Assembly: GCA_900757195.1 (NCBI GenBank)
Contig: CAAEMZ010000033.1
Span: 51,678 to 115,677, forward strand
Origin: Lachnospiraceae bacterium
GTDB lineage: Bacteria > Bacillota > Clostridia > Lachnospirales > Lachnospiraceae
Direction of reading: 5' to 3'
DNA length: 64,000 bases
Shown piece after piece: positions 60,180 to 64,000 of this stretch; the first letter of the stretch is position 1, and each line of letters begins with the position of its first letter. Position numbers and translations under genes: made by a program. Below the pieces are notes generated by a model, which had not been told where the DNA came from, did no database searches, and saw only the letters and a list, made by a program, of their open reading frames with translations.

Positions 60180-60602
60180 ATGACAGATAAAGTAATCTTA
60201 TCCATCAAGGGGACGCAGCATGAATTTGGAGAAGACGGCGTCACAGAGGTGATAACGACCGGGAATTATTATTTCCGAAACGGGAAACATTATATCGTGT
60301 ATGATGAACTGATACCGGATACGGGTGAGCAGGTGAGCAGTACGCTGAAGATGACACCGAACCGTATTGATATGATTAAGCACGGTTCTCACAGCGCCCA
60401 CATGGTTTTTGAGGCGAATACGAAAAATATGTCCATTTACCGGACGCCGTATGGGGTTATGGAAGTGTGCTTTAATACGTTCAGTGTGGATTTTGAGGAA
60501 AATGAAGACCGGATTCATGCACAGACACTCTATGCATTGGAAATTAACGATGGATTCGTTTCAGACTGTACGATAGAGATCAATGTACAGCCCGGAAGAT
60601 AA
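60180..60602 (+). CDS. DUF1934-like beta-barrel protein
   Basis: GNYYFRNGKHYIVYDE, YRTPYG motifs; position after murI. Confidence 0.75.
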   Translation: MTDKVILSIKGTQHEFGEDGVTEVITTGNYYFRNGKHYIVYDELIPDTGEQVSSTLKMTPNRIDMIKHGSHSAHMVFEANTKNMSIYRTPYGVMEVCFNTFSVDFEENEDRIHAQTLYALEINDGFVSDCTIEINVQPGR

Positions 60603-60724
60603 AGTATCCGGAGAAGAACAAAGATTTTATCCGACAGCGTTGATTTTTTCGCTGTATTAGAGTAAAATTTTAAGTAACAGCTAACAAAAAACTATGTATG
60701 AACAAAATTATGGAGGATGGAGAA

Positions 60725-61588
60725 ATGTTTGTATCAGCAGATGAGATGTTAAAGAAAGCAGTTGCGGGGAAATATGCGGTGGGTCATTTCAATATTAACA
60801 ACCTGGAATGGACAAAGGAAATTTTACTCGCAGCAGAAGAAGCGAGATCACCGGTTATTCTTGGGGTTTCAGAAGGCGCCGGAAAATATATGACAGGTTT
60901 TAAAACGGTGACGGCAATGGCGGGCGCTATGATCGAAGAGCTGGGAATCACAGTTCCTGTAGCGATTCATCTGGATCACGGTACCTATGACGGATGCCTG
61001 AAATGTATTGAGGCCGGTTTTTCATCCATTATGTTTGACGGTTCCAAGTATCCGATCGAAGAAAATGTTGAAAAGACAAAAGAACTGGTAAGAATGTGCA
61101 GAGAAAGAGGCATGTCTCTTGAAGCAGAAGTCGGCGCTATCGGCGGTGAAGAAGATGGTGTTGTCGGTGCAGGCGAATGTGCGGATCCAAAGGAATGTAA
61201 GATGATCGCAGACCTTGGTGTGGATATGCTGGCAGCAGGCATCGGAAATATCCATGGGAAATATCCTGCAAACTGGCAGGGACTCAGTTTTGAAACACTG
61301 GATGCCGTTCAGCAGCTGACAGGTGATTTACCGCTCGTCCTTCACGGCGGCACAGGAATTCCGGATGATATGATTAAAAAAGCCATTTCTCTCGGCGTGG
61401 CAAAAATTAATGTAAATACAGAGTGTCAGCTTGTATTTGCAGAAGCAACACGGGAATACATCGAAGCCGGAAAAGACCAGGAAGGCAAGGGTTATGACCC
61501 TCGGAAGCTTCTGAAGCCAGGCGCAGATGCGATTCGTGCAAAGGTTATCGAAAAGATGGAATTATTCGGTTCCGTCGGAAAAGCCTGA
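60725..61588 (+). CDS. fba: Class II fructose-1,6-bisphosphate aldolase
   Basis: HLDHG, SIMFDGS, GNIHG, VLHGGTG, KINVNTE. Confidence 0.93.
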   Translation: MFVSADEMLKKAVAGKYAVGHFNINNLEWTKEILLAAEEARSPVILGVSEGAGKYMTGFKTVTAMAGAMIEELGITVPVAIHLDHGTYDGCLKCIEAGFSSIMFDGSKYPIEENVEKTKELVRMCRERGMSLEAEVGAIGGEEDGVVGAGECADPKECKMIADLGVDMLAAGIGNIHGKYPANWQGLSFETLDAVQQLTGDLPLVLHGGTGIPDDMIKKAISLGVAKINVNTECQLVFAEATREYIEAGKDQEGKGYDPRKLLKPGADAIRAKVIEKMELFGSVGKA

Positions 61589-61601
61589 GAAAGATTGACA
61601 G

Positions 61602-61634
61602 ACCCGGAAAGGTGGACAGCCTTTCCGGGTTTTT
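61602..61634 (+). terminator. Intrinsic terminator after fba
   Basis: acccggaaagg-tggacag-cctttccgggt followed by T tract. Confidence 0.85.
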
Positions 61635-61665
61635 CTTTTTTTCTTCATAAAAATGCGAAAAACAG

Positions 61666-61722
61666 TTGATTATTTTAATCATTTATGCCATAATTGTAGT
61701 AAATATGTAATAGAATTGTAAT
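61666..61722 (+). promoter_or_regulatory. sigmaA promoter with WalR-like direct repeats
   Basis: TTGATT-17-CATAAT (61666-61694) then TGTAGT-N5-TGTAAT-N5-TGTAAT (61695-61722). Confidence 0.6.
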
Positions 61723-61742
61723 AAATCAGCAGGGAGGGTATT

Positions 61743-64000
61743 ATGAAAAAGATCAACGGCTTAAAAAAAGGCCTTGTCTATGCATTGACAACGGCGATGG
61801 TTGCTTCCTGTGCTGTGGGCATCGGTCCTCTGGAAGCCAGAGCGGCCATGACAGGTACGGTCAATGCGGATGCGTTGAATGTCCGTTCCGGCGCGTCAAC
61901 AGGATATTCTCGTGTGGGTACGGTGACTCAGGGACAGACAGTGAGTATTATGAATACAGTGCAAGGCGAAGATGGTTATACATGGTATCAGATTTCAGGT
62001 GCCGCATCCGGATATGTGCGGAGTGATTTTGTTTCAAATGTTGTTTCAGATACACCGGTCCGGTCAACCAGTTCTTCCGGAACGATTACGGCAGACTGGC
62101 TGAATGTGCGTTCCGGTGCGGGAACGAATTTTTCACGTTTGGGAAGCATTGCCGGAGGCACACGGCTGACGGTGATTTCCGTACACGGCGAGTGGTATAA
62201 GATCACAGCATCCTTTGAAGGAGAAATCCGGACGGGATATGTACATAGCCAGTATGTTCAGATGGACGGCGAATCCGGCGGAAACCAGAACCCGGATGAC
62301 GGAAACCAGAATCCGGACGGCGGCGATTCGGGTGCAACAGTGATTGCAGCCGGCGTGGTGAATGTGGACGCCTTAAATGTCCGCAGCGGCGCCAGCACCA
62401 GTGATTCGGTTCTCGGAACGATCCATCATAATGATAATGTAGAAATTCTCGGACAGACCGGTTCCTGGTATAAGGTTCGCTGCTCCGTCAACGGAAGTAC
62501 GCAGACCGGTTATGTTTATGCCGAATATATTACGAAGACCTCGGATGCAAATAACGGCGGTAATGGCGGTGGAGGCAACGGTGAATCCCTCGGAAAGGGC
62601 GTGGTAAATGCCGATGTCCTGAATGTCCGCAGCGGCGCCAGCACAAATAACGGGGTTATCGGAACGATCCGGACAAATGATAAAGTAGAGATTCTTTCTC
62701 AGGTCGGTTCCTGGTATCAGGTCAAATGTACGATCAATGGCAGTGAAACTACCGGTTATGTTTATGCTGAATACATCACCAAAGTAAACGATCAGACCCC
62801 GGATGGCGGTGGTGATAATCAGGGTGGAAACGAAGGCGGCAATCAGGGCGGAACAGCCTTTGAAGAGAAAAACGGCATTGTCAATGCGGATGCATTGAGA
62901 GTCCGCAGCGGCGCCGGTTCCAACCATTCTGTGATCGGCCTGATCTATCAGAATGCTTCGGTTCGAGTGATCGGTCAGGAAGGCGAATGGTATAAGGTTT
63001 CCTGTGTTGTCAACGGGGCAACCCGGGAAGGCTATGTTTTTGCTGAATTTATTACGATCAGTGATAATAACGGCGGCGGAAACGAAGGCGGCAATGAAGG
63101 CGGCAACCAGGGAGGAAATGGCGGCGACAGCCAGAATCCTGTAGGCAAATCCGGTATTGTTACAGCGGATGCGCTGAACTTCCGTACAGGCCCGGGAACC
63201 GAACACAGTACGCTCGGACTTGCTTACCTTGGAACTCAGGTGAATATCCTGGGCGAAGAAGGCAGCTGGTATAAAGTAAGCTGTGTGATGAACGGTGTTC
63301 TTAAGGAAGGCTATATGAGCAAAGAATTCGTTAAGATTGCCGGCGCAGACGATGAGCCTTATGATGGCGAACCGGATGCAGATTTTGAGACACAGATTTC
63401 GGAATTCCCGGAAAGCTATAAGAATGCGCTGAGACGTCTCCATGACAAACATCCTCAGTGGCAGTTTGAAGCAAAATATACAGGACTTGATTTCAATTAC
63501 TCTGTAGACAGTGAAAACAGCGGTAACCGTTCTATGATTTATGTATCATCAACGACACCGTTCTCATGGCTGTCCACAGCGCCTGGAGATTATGACTGGG
63601 CAACAGATACCTATGTGAATAAGGATGGCGCTGCATGGAAGGGCGCTGCCAGAGAGCTGATCGCTTATTATATGGACCCTCGGAATTTCCTGGATGAACA
63701 GCAGATTTTCATGTTTGAATCCCAGTCGAACGAGGCCACCCACAGCCGGGATGTCACGGCAGGTATTCTGAACAATACCTTTATGTCCGACGGCAACGGC
63801 TATCATTATAACGGCAGATATTATACGTATGTCGATACATTTATGGAAGCCGGACAGATTTCCGGTGCGAGCCCATACTTCCTGGCATCCAGATGCCGGC
63901 AGGAAGTCGGCGGAGGAAGTGCGGCGGCCGATGGAAGCTACGGCTACTATAACTTCTTTAATATCGGCGCTTATGCGAGCGGTTCCGGTAATGCGGTAAC
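61743..64000 (+). CDS. Secreted autolysin: signal peptide, six SH3b domains, glucosaminidase (GH73-like) domain; 3' end outside window, absent from the ORF track
   Basis: GGGAGG RBS; MKKINGLKK signal; six LNVRSG...WY..GYV-type repeats with G/N-rich linkers; FPESYK, YYMDPRNFL, SPYFLASRCRQEVG, YYNFFNIGA. Confidence 0.88.
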   Translation, partial: MKKINGLKKGLVYALTTAMVASCAVGIGPLEARAAMTGTVNADALNVRSGASTGYSRVGTVTQGQTVSIMNTVQGEDGYTWYQISGAASGYVRSDFVSNVVSDTPVRSTSSSGTITADWLNVRSGAGTNFSRLGSIAGGTRLTVISVHGEWYKITASFEGEIRTGYVHSQYVQMDGESGGNQNPDDGNQNPDGGDSGATVIAAGVVNVDALNVRSGASTSDSVLGTIHHNDNVEILGQTGSWYKVRCSVNGSTQTGYVYAEYITKTSDANNGGNGGGGNGESLGKGVVNADVLNVRSGASTNNGVIGTIRTNDKVEILSQVGSWYQVKCTINGSETTGYVYAEYITKVNDQTPDGGGDNQGGNEGGNQGGTAFEEKNGIVNADALRVRSGAGSNHSVIGLIYQNASVRVIGQEGEWYKVSCVVNGATREGYVFAEFITISDNNGGGNEGGNEGGNQGGNGGDSQNPVGKSGIVTADALNFRTGPGTEHSTLGLAYLGTQVNILGEEGSWYKVSCVMNGVLKEGYMSKEFVKIAGADDEPYDGEPDADFETQISEFPESYKNALRRLHDKHPQWQFEAKYTGLDFNYSVDSENSGNRSMIYVSSTTPFSWLSTAPGDYDWATDTYVNKDGAAWKGAARELIAYYMDPRNFLDEQQIFMFESQSNEATHSRDVTAGILNNTFMSDGNGYHYNGRYYTYVDTFMEAGQISGASPYFLASRCRQEVGGGSAAADGSYGYYNFFNIGAYASGSGNAV

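Overview
Chromosomal window from a spore-forming, anaerobic Firmicute (gene set resembles Lachnospiraceae/Clostridia; an inference), almost entirely on the + strand. In order: a chitobiose-type phosphorylase/mutase locus with YesMN-like two-component system and sugar ABC transporter; LexA-boxed dinB; aroK; yfhO; murA; SAM-I riboswitch-metK; an OmpR-type two-component pair; a DUF5714-like/arsC/trmH operon; rluA; proS; a FadR-type regulated 2-hydroxyacid dehydrogenase/acyl-CoA dehydrogenase/ETF operon; moaC; a GT2; a TPP-riboswitch thiamine salvage operon; fabH; a sigma54-dependent bcd-etfBA-CoA transferase-GntP operon with its activator; Lrp/AsnC; a decayed RelE-type toxin-antitoxin pair; aspA; MaoC hydratase; asnA; sporulation genes (CotS-like, SipL-like, GerA, fused GerB-GerC); pgm, ispE, ddl, murI, fba; and a 6xSH3b autolysin running off the right end. 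No rRNA, tRNA, CRISPR array or intact transposase was seen. Best leads: (1) a detached MaoC gene shares sigma54 promoter and enhancer geometry with the bcd operon, suggesting an (R)-3-hydroxyacid to short-chain fatty acid regulon; (2) a dispersed repeat family with cGNAg mini-hairpins at two loci 32 kb apart, one translated as the YfhO C-terminus; (3) a GerB-GerC fusion; (4) an RBS-sequestering hairpin before the CotS-like gene. All family calls come from recalled motifs, not database searches.
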